A stretch of 64,000 nt of DNA from an uncultured cyanobacterium (GTDB taxonomy: Bacteria > Cyanobacteriota > Cyanobacteriia > Cyanobacteriales > Nostocaceae). The stretch spans positions 4,608,001 to 4,672,000 of the forward strand of contig OY970166.1 of the NCBI GenBank assembly GCA_963706595.1. The letters run 5' to 3'. A model generated the notes under the pieces. That model saw nothing but the letters and a program-made list of their open reading frames with translations, was not told the DNA's origin and ran no database searches. The translations under genes were made by a program, and so were the position numbers. Positions 41,778 through 54,783 of the stretch are shown piece after piece (the first letter of the stretch is position 1; every line of letters starts with the position of its first letter).

Positions 41778-41950
41778 TGAATGTTAGCAAAAAAGTATCG
41801 GGTAATTAATCGTAGGTGATATACTCCCAAAATTCTACCAGAATCACTTCTTGGTTTTGCTGGTAAATTTTCACCTAATTAATCAGTAATAACGATAATA
41901 TAAGTATTCAAACGAACTTATAAAATTCAAGATGTGTGAGGTTTCCAGTG

Positions 41951-42448
41951 ATGAGGCATCTTTCTTATTTGATTCCAGCTTTAGCGGCTGGCGCGGTCTT
42001 GAGTGTAGCTATTACTATTCAACCAGCACAGGCTCAGGTAGCTTATGGTAGCTACGTCGGTGTAGGACCCACTGTTGGTCTGACTGATGGTATTCAAATT
42101 GGGGGTGTTGTAGCTGTCCGTTACAAGCTTCTAGAATCACCAATTTCTTTTCGCGCTCAAGCTTTAGTTGGCAGGAATACCGCAGTTGTACCCACGGTTT
42201 CTTATGATGTCCCTATCAACTGGCAAACTGATGCTTACTTGGGCGCTGGTTTGGTGTTGGCTGGTGGTGATAGTTCTTCTCCTGTGGGTAACAAAATCAG
42301 TTTTGCCTTACAACCAGGAGTTGATTACATTGTCCCCAATAGTAATACTGTGATTTTTGGTAACGCCATCATTGCTTTTGATGCCTACCGTGACGGTGCT
42401 GGTGGTGCGGCTATCTCTGTGCAAGGTGGTGTTGGTTATAGATTTTAA
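41951..42448 (+). CDS. Small exported outer-membrane beta-barrel-like protein
   Basis: Signal peptide (AQA), alternating beta-strands, C-terminal YRF. Confidence 0.65.
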   Translation: MRHLSYLIPALAAGAVLSVAITIQPAQAQVAYGSYVGVGPTVGLTDGIQIGGVVAVRYKLLESPISFRAQALVGRNTAVVPTVSYDVPINWQTDAYLGAGLVLAGGDSSSPVGNKISFALQPGVDYIVPNSNTVIFGNAIIAFDAYRDGAGGAAISVQGGVGYRF

Positions 42449-42586
42449 GGGTTTGTCCATAAATTTGATCCCCGCTACTACAGTACGGGGATTATTTAGG
42501 GGTTTCATTTTTTGGCAAGCCTACAACCCCATGACAGGACGTTCTGCTTGTTTTGGCTCGGAAGCAGAAATGCGAATGTGGATTGA

Positions 42587-43678
<1,092 letters not shown>

Positions 43679-43786
43679 GGATTTACAAACCTTTTTCTTC
43701 TTGATTTCTCTGTGTTCTCTGTGCCTCTGTGGTTTGTTTATTTAATGATATTGTTTCCTTGAATACAAAACCCAGAGGAGCTAATT

Positions 43787-44533
43787 ATGATCCGACTTTT
43801 AATTCTGGGTGGAACCGGAGAAGCGGCAGAATTAGCTGCCAAAGTTGCGAATATCCAGGAAATTGAGGCAATCTCATCTCTAGCCGGCCGCACCCGTGAA
43901 CCGTCAGTCCCATTAGGTGATTTGCGTATTGGCGGTTTTGGTGGTGTGGCTGGACTAGTTAAGTATCTGCATCAGATGAAAATCGATTTGTTGATTGATG
44001 CTACTCATCCTTTTGCTACTCAGATTGCTTTCAATGCGGCTGATGCGGCGATGGAAGTTAAAGTACCTCGTCTGAAGTTAATCCGCCAACCTTGGCAAGA
44101 AGTTAATGGCGATCGCTGGATTAAAGTTGATAGTATAAAAATTGCCGCCGAGGTTCTCGAAAATCAATCACAACGGGTCTTCTTAAGCATTGGTAGGCAA
44201 GAAATCGGTGCTTTTGCTCATTTGCATCAAACTTGGTTTTTAATGCGGATGATTGACCCGCCTGAAGCAAATACATTAGTACCACCAGGAATATTGTTGT
44301 GCGATCGTGGTCCTTTTAACCTCCATAATGAGAGAGAAATCCTGAATCATCATCAAATTGATACCATAGTCAGCAAAAATAGCGGTGGTGATGCCACTTA
44401 TGCCAAAATTATCGCCGCACGGGAACTACAACTCAAAGTTGTAATGGTAAACCGTCCCCCTGTACCGCCAGGAGAGCAAGTCACAGACGTAGATGAAGCT
44501 TTGGTGTGGCTACTACAGCACTTGCATCGGTGA
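43787..44533 (+). CDS. cobK: Cobalt-precorrin-6A/precorrin-6x reductase
   Basis: LILGGTGEA, IDATHPFA, VSKNSGG. Confidence 0.92.
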   Translation: MIRLLILGGTGEAAELAAKVANIQEIEAISSLAGRTREPSVPLGDLRIGGFGGVAGLVKYLHQMKIDLLIDATHPFATQIAFNAADAAMEVKVPRLKLIRQPWQEVNGDRWIKVDSIKIAAEVLENQSQRVFLSIGRQEIGAFAHLHQTWFLMRMIDPPEANTLVPPGILLCDRGPFNLHNEREILNHHQIDTIVSKNSGGDATYAKIIAARELQLKVVMVNRPPVPPGEQVTDVDEALVWLLQHLHR

Positions 44534-44591
44534 ATCAGTATTTCTGACTTTGCGCCTCTGCGCCTGGTGCGTGACACAAAACAAACATAAA

Positions 44592-44619
44592 AAACGCCCC
44601 CCATTTCTGAGAGGCGTTT
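44592..44619. terminator. Hairpin terminator downstream of psbA
   Basis: AAACGCC...GGCGTTT with a U-tract on the minus strand. Confidence 0.7.
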
Positions 44620-44641
44620 CTTATTCAGCTAAACTTAATGA

Positions 44642-45724
44642 TTAACCGTTGATAGCAGGTGCTGTTAAAGCAACTGGAGCAACATCAGCAGCAGCCAAAT
44701 CTAGGGGGAAGTTGTGAGCGTTACGCTCGTGCATTACTTCCATACCCAAGTTAGCGCGGTTGATTACGTCAGCCCAGGTAGCGATAACGCGACCTTGAGA
44801 ATCAATTACTGATTGGTTGAAGTTGAAACCGTTCAAGTTGAACGCCATTGTGCTGATACCCAAAGCGGTAAACCAGATACCGATTACAGGCCATGCAGCT
44901 AGGAAGAAGTGAAGTGAACGGCTGTTGTTGAAGGAAGCGTATTGGAAGATTAACCGACCGAAGTAGCCGTGGGCTGCAACGATGTTGTAGGTTTCTTCTT
45001 CTTGTCCGAACTTGTAACCGTAGTTTTGAGATTCGGTTTCGGTTGTTTCACGTACCAAGGATGATGTCACCAAGGAACCGTGCATTGCGGAGAACAAAGA
45101 ACCACCGAAGACACCAGCTACACCCAACATGTGAAAGGGGTGCATCAAGATGTTGTGTTCTGCTTGGAACACAATCATGAAGTTGAAGGTTCCGGAGATA
45201 CCCAAAGGCATACCGTCAGAGAAGGAACCTTGACCAATTGGGTAGATTAAGAATACTGCGGTAGCAGAAGCCAAAGGCGCAGAGTAAGCTACACAGATCC
45301 AAGGACGCATACCCAAGCGGTAAGATAGTTCCCACTGACGACCAAGGTAGCAAGCGCAACCGATCAAGAAGTGGAAAATTACCAGTTGGTAAGGACCGCC
45401 GTTGTACAACCACTCATCTAAGGAAGCTGCTTCCCAGATGGGGTAGAAGTGCAAGCCGATAGCGTTAGAGGAAGGAACAACTGCACCGGAGATGATGTTG
45501 TTTCCGTAAATCAAGGAACCAGCTACTGGTTCGCGGATACCGTCGATGTCTACTGGAGGAGCAGCTACGAAGGCGATGATGAAGCAAGTTGTAGCAGCTA
45601 GTAGGGTTGGGATCATGAGAACGCCGAACCAACCGATGTAAATACGGTTGTCTGTGCTGGTGATCCACTCGCAGAAGCGATCCCATACGTTAGCGCTTTG
45701 ACGCTGTTGTAAGGTAGTAGTCAT
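44642..45724 (-). CDS. psbA: Photosystem II D1 protein (Gln130 form)
   Basis: Canonical 360-aa D1; [16 protein letters not shown]. Confidence 0.99.
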   Translation of the reverse strand: MTTTLQQRQSANVWDRFCEWITSTDNRIYIGWFGVLMIPTLLAATTCFIIAFVAAPPVDIDGIREPVAGSLIYGNNIISGAVVPSSNAIGLHFYPIWEAASLDEWLYNGGPYQLVIFHFLIGCACYLGRQWELSYRLGMRPWICVAYSAPLASATAVFLIYPIGQGSFSDGMPLGISGTFNFMIVFQAEHNILMHPFHMLGVAGVFGGSLFSAMHGSLVTSSLVRETTETESQNYGYKFGQEEETYNIVAAHGYFGRLIFQYASFNNSRSLHFFLAAWPVIGIWFTALGISTMAFNLNGFNFNQSVIDSQGRVIATWADVINRANLGMEVMHERNAHNFPLDLAAADVAPVALTAPAING

Positions 45725-45892
45725 TTCTATGATTGCGATATGTTGTTAATGAATCAGACGCATCGTTTGCTTGTCTGTCCTAATAAACTTAACATCTATT
45801 TACGTTTACTGTAAAGTATTAATTTTGTGATGATATTTGCTACAAACATTAGATTTACTTATATCGAGTTCCCATTACAAGGTAAATAACCC

Positions 45893-47392
45893 TTAAAAAT
45901 CAAAGTAAATATAAGGTAAGCTGCCATCAGGAGCTAATAACCATACGGAGTAGAGGCATAGGGGGACGAAGACAAGCTTGACAGGCCAGTTAAACTCTAA
46001 TTTCAGCCTGCCATTAAAGATATAGATGATACTCATAAATCCAGCTAAAATTCCCAGCAACGCAGTCAGTTGGTATTGGCTCATATTCAGGACTTCTATG
46101 TAAACTTTTTGGACAAACTGTGCATCGGCAGAATGACCCCAGAGATGCTGAATTACCCAAGAAGAGTCCTGGAGGTTGGGGAGACGAAACCAAATCCAAG
46201 AGATAAAAACCATCAGTTGGGTTAAAAACCAAGCGACAACTATACCCACAGGATTTTGCCAGAAATGTGCCAAATTTTCAAAGCGATCGCTCATCACATC
46301 TGTAAGTCGATGCACCCCCAAAGCTAAACCGTGGAATATGCCCCAAACAACAAAACCCCAGGCTGAACCGTGCCAAATACCAGCGATTAGCATCACAATA
46401 AATAAGTTCGTGCAGGTGCGAGTTAAGCCTTGACGCGAACCACCCAAAGGAAAGTAGATATAATTTCGTAACCAATCGCCTAAAGTAATATGCCAGCGTC
46501 GCCAAAAGTCAGCAATGCTGGTACTGAAATAGGGAAAGTTAAAATTTTCAGGTAAAACTAAACCGAAGAGTAAAGCACTTCCACGGGCGATGTCTACGTA
46601 ACCACTGAAATCCAAATACAACTGCAAGCCGTAAGCAAATGTAGCCAACCACAAATCAGTGCTACCCGCCCGTTGTAGATTGCCAAAACATAAATCAACG
46701 AAAATTCCCAAGTTATCTGCCAAAATTCCTTTTTTGACTGCACCCTTAGACATTAACCACAGTGCCTCACTCACTCTCTCCGCAGAGGGAAAGTGTGGTT
46801 TATGCAATTGAGATGACAGGCTGTGATAACGAGTAATTGGTCCAGAAATTAGTTTGGCAAAGAATAATTTGTACGTAGCGAATTTGAGAAACTTTTTAGT
46901 AGCTGGCGCACCGCGATAGATATCTACTAGATAAGCAATACACTCAAAAGTGAAAAATGAAATCCCTAAAGGTGCAATTAATTTAAATGCAGAATCTGGT
47001 GAATTAATTTGCAGATTCAACACATATTTAAAGAAAGCGGGCAGATATTTAAAACTTAGTAACAATAAGACATTTAAACTTACACCCAGCCACAACAATT
47101 TTAGCCGCCGACGATTCCAGTCAGTTTGGGCAAACTGCCACTCTTCATTAGAAAGTTTCCAATCAACAGCATACTGTCCGTGTGCGGTATTGTTGCCAAT
47201 CTCTAACCCTAGACGAAAGTTAATCCAAGTCAGTACTAATAATAAAGGAATGTACTGAATATTCAAAGAACCGTAAAAAACCAGGCTAGCTATCAGCAAC
47301 GTCCACATCCGTAATTTCTGGCTACCTACAGACCAGTAAATTCCCAGTACACTCAGCAAAAACAGTCCATAAAAAATTGATATGAAGTTCAT
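45893..47392 (-). CDS. MBOAT O-acyltransferase (AlgI-like)
   Basis: PLGISFFTF, DFSGY, FWRRWHITL, GIWHG. Confidence 0.92.
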   Translation of the reverse strand: MNFISIFYGLFLLSVLGIYWSVGSQKLRMWTLLIASLVFYGSLNIQYIPLLLVLTWINFRLGLEIGNNTAHGQYAVDWKLSNEEWQFAQTDWNRRRLKLLWLGVSLNVLLLLSFKYLPAFFKYVLNLQINSPDSAFKLIAPLGISFFTFECIAYLVDIYRGAPATKKFLKFATYKLFFAKLISGPITRYHSLSSQLHKPHFPSAERVSEALWLMSKGAVKKGILADNLGIFVDLCFGNLQRAGSTDLWLATFAYGLQLYLDFSGYVDIARGSALLFGLVLPENFNFPYFSTSIADFWRRWHITLGDWLRNYIYFPLGGSRQGLTRTCTNLFIVMLIAGIWHGSAWGFVVWGIFHGLALGVHRLTDVMSDRFENLAHFWQNPVGIVVAWFLTQLMVFISWIWFRLPNLQDSSWVIQHLWGHSADAQFVQKVYIEVLNMSQYQLTALLGILAGFMSIIYIFNGRLKLEFNWPVKLVFVPLCLYSVWLLAPDGSLPYIYFDF

Positions 47393-47473
47393 ATTTTAGT
47401 CATTGGTCATTGGTCATTGGTCATTAGTGATTGGGAAGTTACAATCTTTTCCCTCTGCTCCCTGCTTGGCACT

Positions 47474-50400
47474 TTACTTCATCGGCCAAGCAATCATCGG
47501 ATCATTAGCTAACCTTTTTGATACTTCGTATGCCCCAAAGCGGTTGAGATGACTGGGATCAGAAAAGTAATCATTATTTTGTGGCCAAAGTTGGCTTAAG
47601 TCTCTATATATAAAATTGGGATTACTTGCTAGAGATAACATGTGTTGCTGAAATTTTTGCTCATATTTTGTCCGCACTGGATCTAAATAATCAGAGGTCA
47701 GGGGCATATTAATAAATACCAAAGAAATATTTCGAGACTGGGTAAACTGTAAAACTTTTTGGAAGGCAGCATCTTGTTTACCTTCTATCTGGAAATATCT
47801 ATAATCATTGTCATAATTGCCTGCAACTCTAGGGTGTTGTTGATAATATTCTGTAGGGTTAAATCGCACAGATAAAGCCAAAAAACCATCAAAATCTACT
47901 GCCTGCTGGTTAATATCTATTTCTGAATCATCTGGATTTAATTGTGTCTGTGATGCCACAGCCTGATTGTATCCAACTAGAGGCATATCTAAGATTTTTT
48001 GATGTAATAAAGCCTGAATTTTATCACGATTTTGGTAGCTAATAAAAACTTCAGATGCTGCCTGATTTAGCAATTCATTTACGGCTTGATAACTGTTGAA
48101 ATTTGGTTTTCGTACTACTTTTTGCTGACCAGAAGAATTATCTGAATTTTGCGATAATTCATCACTACTTGTGGCGGACAATGCTTTCTGCAATACCTGT
48201 TGATAACCTTCTGATGCGGCGATCGCCTGAAAGGTGACATCCTCGCGATTGCTATTGAAGGCACGAGAACCATCTGCCCAAAGTATGAGTTTTGGTAGTT
48301 CTGATGGTTCTAACACCTGACGAATAATTAAATCGACAATTTGGGCTGTAGCACCGTTAATTCCAAAATTAAATACGTCAATATTGGCATAACCCTGATT
48401 TGCTAAAGCCTGAGAAAGTGCTACTGGGTCAATTCCTCTCAAGGCGCGGGAGGAACCAATAATTAAGACATCTGCTGCTTTACCGTTTTTAGCAACTCGC
48501 TGTTTATACAATGCTAGTTGTTCGTTTAATTGCCGAGAATTGAAACTGGGTATCGGCGTTAGTGAAGCTCCAGCCTTGCGCGATCGCGCTGTCAATAAAA
48601 TTGCTGCGGCGTTGGCTCTTTCTTTGAGTGGACTAGCTCTTAAAATCTGCTCTTGACCATCATCATCTTGAGTGAATCCAGAAGCATTAAAGACATCCTT
48701 TTCACTTTCAAGAGCTTGTTTTCCAGACCGATTAGTAAAAAATGCCGTTCTCTGATTCTGGTCTGCTTGAGAACTCAATGATGTCTCCTGTTGTGAGGAT
48801 GAGGGCGAAGTACTAGTTACTGGTGGTGAACTTGGTGTGGTGCGAGTAATTATGTAATTCAAAATCCCATCAGTTTGCAAAGTCAGCAATAAACCCAATG
48901 TTCCCCAAACTAGAGCTATCTTCAGCCCTTGACTATCAGGGTTTCTTGGTACTAACTGATCACTTTCTCTAAATATCTGCGTTTCTAAGAGCCATTTTTT
49001 CGCAGTGGTGACAGCAGTTGTTGTCCAATCCCGTGCTACTTCTGTAACAAAATTTTGAACTTCTTCTGAGGTTAAATCGCTACGTAAAACTGGTTCATGA
49101 TTTTCAGTGGTTAAAAGCTCACTCATATATTCCGAAGCAGCAGCAAATTCGGGGGTGGCTTCTGGAACTAAACGTTGGCGTTGGACTAAATCTTCGCCAT
49201 GATGCCAAGATGGTTCTTGATTGCCAGCCCGGCGACCGTAAACACGCACCCCAGAAATCTTGGGCATTTTTAACTGCCGCAAAAGCTGGGTGACTTTGTG
49301 AGCGACTTGTGCGCGGGCTGGGCAAATGGGCGCATCACACATAACGTGCAGCAAGTCACCTTTGCGTAGTAGCATGACACGAATACCACCTGTCTTTAAA
49401 CGCCAATCCAAATCAATATTGAGTAAGCGCTCTAGTAGAAAAATAATTGCGTCTTGATCACCATCACTGGCCAATTCCAGAGGTAATGGGGCTAGGGCTG
49501 GATGTTCTGTAGCAGGTAAATTGAGCCAGTCAATCCAAGCTGGTTGCTGATTTGAAGTTTTTTGTCCGTAAACACTGGCAGCGAGAATACCTTGGGGAGC
49601 GATCGCTTCGAGGTGGCGGGATATGATCTCTAAACATTGGGCTTTATCTGGCACGGGTTCTGTTGCTAAGGAATCAACAGCCGCAGTACAAAAAATATGT
49701 AGGGTTGATTCTTTGAGAGAAACTTGGACAGCCACCTTTAACTCTGACAACAGGGATTGTAACAGCCTGGCGATCGCCTGTACATCTCCCCACCTCGCCC
49801 AGTCCTTGAGCATCATTTCTGGAGGTCGCAGATCCACTCTGAGCAGCCAATCAGATGCTGTTTCACCAGTTACTTGGGAAATAATCACCGCATCTTGATA
49901 ACCCTCCAGTTTCAAATCCCGTAACTGCTGGGCGACTGGTTCAGCTAATAATGATGAATCGGGGCTATAGCTAGATTGACAAAAAATCAACAGGCGATTA
50001 ACTACCCCTTGATTGCCATCTTTCGGCTGATACTCCTGGGTTTTTACCTGTACCGACACACCTAACAGACTCAGACTTTGGCTGAGATAACGGGCAATGG
50101 CATTGGGGTCTCCCCGACGTGCCAAACTTTCATTAGAGACAATCAGTGATCCACCCACTTGAGCAGATTTTTCCGAGTCTTCCAGGACTTGTTCTACCTG
50201 TTCTAGATGCCTTTCTAGTTGGTTTAAATAAACGCGATGGCACCACTGGGGTCGATATTCCCCTTTCTTCCGCCCATAGACAAATACTTGGTATATTGAG
50301 GGTTGTTCGTTACTGGTTAAAAGATCCAAATCTGTTTGCTGTAGCGCGTGAAGCAAGTCAGACAGAGTGCGCCACCGTTGAGGAGACTCTAAACTTTCAC

Positions 50401-50518
50401 ACAAAATGTGGAGGTCATTTCCTCGCAACCGGACTTTTACCCCAAAAGAGTTGATTCCTGTGGCTTGGCTCACCCACTGCACTAGTGATTTCTGACTATC
50501 TAGTAATACTGTTTTCAT
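47474..50518 (-). CDS. Large membrane-anchored protein with C-terminal SGNH/DUF1574-like domain
   Basis: IIGSSR, FNFGING, DPSHLN; co-oriented with the MBOAT gene. Confidence 0.75.
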   Translation of the reverse strand: MKTVLLDSQKSLVQWVSQATGINSFGVKVRLRGNDLHILCESLESPQRWRTLSDLLHALQQTDLDLLTSNEQPSIYQVFVYGRKKGEYRPQWCHRVYLNQLERHLEQVEQVLEDSEKSAQVGGSLIVSNESLARRGDPNAIARYLSQSLSLLGVSVQVKTQEYQPKDGNQGVVNRLLIFCQSSYSPDSSLLAEPVAQQLRDLKLEGYQDAVIISQVTGETASDWLLRVDLRPPEMMLKDWARWGDVQAIARLLQSLLSELKVAVQVSLKESTLHIFCTAAVDSLATEPVPDKAQCLEIISRHLEAIAPQGILAASVYGQKTSNQQPAWIDWLNLPATEHPALAPLPLELASDGDQDAIIFLLERLLNIDLDWRLKTGGIRVMLLRKGDLLHVMCDAPICPARAQVAHKVTQLLRQLKMPKISGVRVYGRRAGNQEPSWHHGEDLVQRQRLVPEATPEFAAASEYMSELLTTENHEPVLRSDLTSEEVQNFVTEVARDWTTTAVTTAKKWLLETQIFRESDQLVPRNPDSQGLKIALVWGTLGLLLTLQTDGILNYIITRTTPSSPPVTSTSPSSSQQETSLSSQADQNQRTAFFTNRSGKQALESEKDVFNASGFTQDDDGQEQILRASPLKERANAAAILLTARSRKAGASLTPIPSFNSRQLNEQLALYKQRVAKNGKAADVLIIGSSRALRGIDPVALSQALANQGYANIDVFNFGINGATAQIVDLIIRQVLEPSELPKLILWADGSRAFNSNREDVTFQAIAASEGYQQVLQKALSATSSDELSQNSDNSSGQQKVVRKPNFNSYQAVNELLNQAASEVFISYQNRDKIQALLHQKILDMPLVGYNQAVASQTQLNPDDSEIDINQQAVDFDGFLALSVRFNPTEYYQQHPRVAGNYDNDYRYFQIEGKQDAAFQKVLQFTQSRNISLVFINMPLTSDYLDPVRTKYEQKFQQHMLSLASNPNFIYRDLSQLWPQNNDYFSDPSHLNRFGAYEVSKRLANDPMIAWPMK

Positions 50519-50824
50519 GAGCAGTTAACTTTAGTCATTGGTTATTGGTTATTGGTAATTGGTTATTGGTCAATCAAACATGAACTCAACACTTTATTGT
50601 ACAGACGCAATTGATCGCGTTTGTACGCAGGACTTGGGAACGGTAGTGCCTGTACTTGTAAACTAGAAACATAGGTCTATCATATTTTGCCGTTTTTTTT
50701 TAACAATTTTGTTACTTTGTGGGCTTGCAAAATCGGCCAAAATAGACAAGTAGGCCTGGAAGTCGCACAGATGTTGAATGCGCGCGTTTCTTTTTACTCA
50801 TTTGCCAACAACCAAAAATTAGCA

Positions 50825-51082
50825 ATGACTCCTACTACCCAAAAATCCTCGGATCATTCCGGATGCAATCTGCCTTTGTTTAGCATTCCCCAATCTTTTC
50901 TTTTACAAATAGGTACAGCGTCTATACTACTGCTGCTCACCACTCAAAAGGCTACAGTAAAAGCCCTAGAATCTATGGGACAAGCCAGTGAAGAATTATT
51001 TCGAGGCGATCGCCTGCCAATTCTCCCGTTCCCAGAGGCCGCAGGTGACAATACAAGCACCAGAGGCGGGGAAAGAGGTTAA
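50825..51082 (+). CDS. Small conserved hypothetical protein
   Basis: GQASEELFRGDRLPIL motif. Confidence 0.55.
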   Translation: MTPTTQKSSDHSGCNLPLFSIPQSFLLQIGTASILLLLTTQKATVKALESMGQASEELFRGDRLPILPFPEAAGDNTSTRGGERG

Positions 51083-51353
51083 AAAGTATATTTAAAACCT
51101 AAAATGCTCATGGTTTTACCTTGAGAATTAATTGCCGAATCAGAGGCAGGGGAACAGGGTGCAGGGAGCAAGGGGGATAATTAAAATGGAGATTCGACCC
51201 CACTTGCACAAGAACCATTTAGTAGAAGTGGGGAATCCCCATCAGGTTCCATCTTCTCCTGTTTCCTTCCTTCTGCCTCTTTGTTAAACGGACGGGATTT
51301 ATCGCGTCTTTACGATGTAAACAGTAATCAGCTTACAAGAGCAGAAAGAAATT

Positions 51354-54300
51354 ATGGGTTCTCTTTTATACAGTTTGTCTCATGCAGCGAATTTCTACCC
51401 TGCTTCGGAATTATTTTTGCGTCATCGTCTCCAAGTAGTAGAAGAATTGTGGGAATCAGTACTGCGGCAAGAATGCGGTCAAACGATGGTGGATTTATTG
51501 CGGCAATTGCGCGATTTGTGTTCGCCAGAAGGACAAGCAACAAATGACCAAGCCGCATCTGCCGTTAAGTTGATTGAACAACTCAACATCAATGAGGCAA
51601 TTCGAGCAGCTCGTGCCTTTGCGTTGTATTTCCAGTTGATTAACATCATAGAACAGGAATATGAACAACGTCAGCAATTAACCCGCTATTCTGAGGGGGA
51701 AGCCGAAAAGGTAATTCAGGAGGAGAGGTTATCAAACGCTACCCACTCCGCCAACCAAAAAGAAGATGATTCCATTCCTGAGAACAAAGGCATGGAAATC
51801 GACCTACTATCAAAAAGTTGGCTGACCAAATCAATCGGAAAACAAAAAGGTACTTTTGCGACTTTGTTTCCCCATTTATTCAAGCTGAATGTCCCACCGC
51901 AACAAATTCAACGCCTGATTTCACACTTGGATGTGCGTTTGGTCTTTACAGCTCACCCCACGGAAATAGTGCGTCACACCATCCGCGATAAACAAAGACA
52001 GGTGGTAAACCTGCTGCAAAAACTGGATGTAGTGGAAAACCGCACTGAAAGCACCCTGGGCGGATATCCTTGGGAAGCGGCAGATTTGCGAGAACAATTG
52101 CTCGAAGAAATTCGCCTCTGGTGGCGGACAGATGAACTCCACCAGTTCAAACCCACGGTGCTAGATGAAGTTGATTATGCCTTGCATTATTTCCAAGAAG
52201 TTTTATTTGATGGCATTCCTCAACTCTATAAGCGCTTAAAATATGCTCTGGGTAAAACATTTACTTGGCTAGAACCGCCGCATAAAAACTTTTGCTCTTT
52301 TGGTTCCTGGGTAGGTTCAGACCGCGACGGGAATCCATCAGTGACACCAGAAACCACTTGGCGGACAGCTTGCTATCAGCGCAAAATGGTGTTGGAACGA
52401 TATATTAAATCAGTGAAACAGCTGATTGAATTATTGAGTGTGTCGATGCACTGGAGCGATGTTTTACCAGAGTTGCTGGAATCGTTGGAGATGGATCAGT
52501 CGCAGTTAAGTGATGTGTACGATGCGCTGGCTTTGCGTTATCGCCAAGAACCCTATCGCTTGAAATTGGCTTATGTGCTGAGACGTTTGGAAAATACCCG
52601 CGATCGCAATGTAGCCTTGTATAACAGCGAAAAGTCAACAAATGAAGACTCCCCCATGTATCGTTCGGGATCAGAGTTTTTGGCAGAACTGCGGTTAGTT
52701 GAACGTAACTTGACTGAAACTGGTTTAAGCTGTCGGGAGTTAGAAACTCTGATTTGTCAAGTCGAAATTTTTGACTTTAACTTGACTCAGTTGGACATCC
52801 GTCAAGAATCAACGCGACACTCTGATGCCATCAATGAGATTCTGGAATATCTCCAAATTTTACCCCAATCTTATAACGAGCTATCCGAAGATCAGCGAGT
52901 TGCTTGGCTAACAGGGGAATTGCAAACTCGCCGCCCATTAATTCCGGCAGAATTGCCATTTTCGGAAAAAACCAACGATGTGATTGAAACTTTCCGGATC
53001 TTGCGATCGCTACAGCAAGAGTTTGGTGTCAACATCTGCCAAACATACATTATTAGTATGTGCCGGGAAGTAAGTGATGTTCTGGAAGTTTTGCTATTAG
53101 CCAAAGAATCCCGACTGTTTGACCCTGTGGTGGCAGTGGGGACTGTTCAGGTTGTCCCCTTATTTGAGACAGTAGAAGACTTACAACGCTCTAGAAGCGT
53201 CATGCGGCAGTTGTTTGAACTCCCGTTATATCGAGCTTTATTAGCAGGTGGCTATGAAGCACTCAAAGCCAGTCAAGAAGAAGGCTCTTCATTGCCGATT
53301 GTCCCCACTACAGCGTCTCCTCTCACCCCTAACTTACAAGAAGTGATGCTGGGGTATTCTGACAGCAATAAAGACTCTGGTTTTTTAAGTAGCAACTGGG
53401 AAATTCATAAAGCCCAAAAATCACTCCAGACAATCGCTGAAGGATATGGTTTGAGTTTGCGGATTTTCCACGGACGCGGCGGTTCTGTGGGACGAGGAGG
53501 CGGTCCAGCTTATGAGGCGATTTTGGCTCAACCAGGACACAGTATTAATGGGCGGATCAAGATTACTGAACAAGGGGAAGTATTAGCTTCTAAATATTCC
53601 TTGCTGGATTTAGCTTTGTATAATCTGGAAACCATTACCACGGCGGTAATTCAAGCCAGTTTACTACGAACTGGGTTTGATGATATTGAACCTTGGAATG
53701 AGATTATGGAAGAATTAGCAGTGCGATCGCGTCAACATTATCGCGCCTTAATTTACGAGCAACCAGATTTCATTGACTTTTTCCACCAAGTTACCCCCAT
53801 TGAAGAAATTAGCCAGTTACAAATTAGTTCTCGTCCAGCGCGGCGACCATCTGGAAAGAAAGATTTAAGCAGTCTGCGAGCTATTCCTTGGGTATTTAGC
53901 TGGACACAAACCCGGTTTTTGCTGCCTTCTTGGTATGGTATCGGCACAGCTTTACAGGGATTCTTGAATGAGGAAGAGGAATCAGAAGAACACCTGAAAT
54001 TGCTACGTTACTTTTACATGAAATGGCCATTCTTCAAAATGGTGATTTCCAAGGCAGAAATGACTCTAGCCAAAGTCGATATGCAAATGGCGCATCACTA
54101 CGTCCAAGAACTCTCAAATCCTGAAGATAAAGAGCGGCTAGAAAAAGTTTTCCAGCAAATTGCCGATGAATTCTATCTCACCAGAGATTTAGTTTTAAAA
54201 ATCACTGGTCACAGTCGGCTGTTGGATGGTGATCCTGTCTTGCAACGTTCCGTACAGTTACGCAATGGCACGATTGTACCTTTAGGATTTATCCAAGTTT

Positions 54301-54443
54301 CTCTACTTAAACGTCTTCGCCAATCCCGTAATATTACCGCTACCTCTGGTGTAATTCATTCTCGTTACAGCAAAGGTGAGTTATTGCGAGGCGCACTGTT
54401 AACTATTAACGGTATTGCCGCAGGGATGAGAAATACAGGTTGA
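51354..54443 (+). CDS. ppc: Phosphoenolpyruvate carboxylase
   Basis: [46 protein letters not shown]. Confidence 0.98.
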   Translation: MGSLLYSLSHAANFYPASELFLRHRLQVVEELWESVLRQECGQTMVDLLRQLRDLCSPEGQATNDQAASAVKLIEQLNINEAIRAARAFALYFQLINIIEQEYEQRQQLTRYSEGEAEKVIQEERLSNATHSANQKEDDSIPENKGMEIDLLSKSWLTKSIGKQKGTFATLFPHLFKLNVPPQQIQRLISHLDVRLVFTAHPTEIVRHTIRDKQRQVVNLLQKLDVVENRTESTLGGYPWEAADLREQLLEEIRLWWRTDELHQFKPTVLDEVDYALHYFQEVLFDGIPQLYKRLKYALGKTFTWLEPPHKNFCSFGSWVGSDRDGNPSVTPETTWRTACYQRKMVLERYIKSVKQLIELLSVSMHWSDVLPELLESLEMDQSQLSDVYDALALRYRQEPYRLKLAYVLRRLENTRDRNVALYNSEKSTNEDSPMYRSGSEFLAELRLVERNLTETGLSCRELETLICQVEIFDFNLTQLDIRQESTRHSDAINEILEYLQILPQSYNELSEDQRVAWLTGELQTRRPLIPAELPFSEKTNDVIETFRILRSLQQEFGVNICQTYIISMCREVSDVLEVLLLAKESRLFDPVVAVGTVQVVPLFETVEDLQRSRSVMRQLFELPLYRALLAGGYEALKASQEEGSSLPIVPTTASPLTPNLQEVMLGYSDSNKDSGFLSSNWEIHKAQKSLQTIAEGYGLSLRIFHGRGGSVGRGGGPAYEAILAQPGHSINGRIKITEQGEVLASKYSLLDLALYNLETITTAVIQASLLRTGFDDIEPWNEIMEELAVRSRQHYRALIYEQPDFIDFFHQVTPIEEISQLQISSRPARRPSGKKDLSSLRAIPWVFSWTQTRFLLPSWYGIGTALQGFLNEEEESEEHLKLLRYFYMKWPFFKMVISKAEMTLAKVDMQMAHHYVQELSNPEDKERLEKVFQQIADEFYLTRDLVLKITGHSRLLDGDPVLQRSVQLRNGTIVPLGFIQVSLLKRLRQSRNITATSGVIHSRYSKGELLRGALLTINGIAAGMRNTG

Positions 54444-54534
54444 TCGAAAGAAGACCAAAATAAATTCCCCAAAAACCGTAGGGTGGGTTAGCACAGCGTA
54501 ACCCACCATTGCTAGAAATAGCTGAATTCAACTC

Positions 54535-54783
54535 ATGATTAAAAATAGACTTTTAACTTGCACCTTTTTAGCTTTAACATCAGGATTTTTTGGTGGTTAC
54601 ATCGGTGGACAAATCACATCGATGCTGCATAACCAGAAGTGTCAAAACCAAGCTTGGGGTTTAAAGGTGATGTGTAATGTTTGGGTAACGCCCGGAGCTA
54701 CTTGGCAAGGTAGTACAACCGGATTATGGACAGGTACAATTTTAGGAGCATTTGTTGGCGGTTCCATCACACGCCCAGAATGA
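54535..54783 (+). CDS. Small glycine-zipper membrane protein
   Basis: GFFGGYIGG and GLWTGTILGAFVGG segments. Confidence 0.55.
   Translation: MIKNRLLTCTFLALTSGFFGGYIGGQITSMLHNQKCQNQAWGLKVMCNVWVTPGATWQGSTTGLWTGTILGAFVGGSITRPE

Larger units (their letters stand above)
40050..41801 (+). mobile_element. IS607-family element; left boundary approximate
   Basis: Serine-recombinase tnpA + tnpB; TGCTAA(CAA) repeats at 40088-40123, inverted TGTTAGCA near 41782, right end ...AAAAAAGTATCGG. Confidence 0.85.

Noticed and set aside
44642..45724. Atypical (rogue or far-red) D1
   Set aside because: Mn-cluster ligand regions and the C-terminus are canonical; it is a standard Q130 D1
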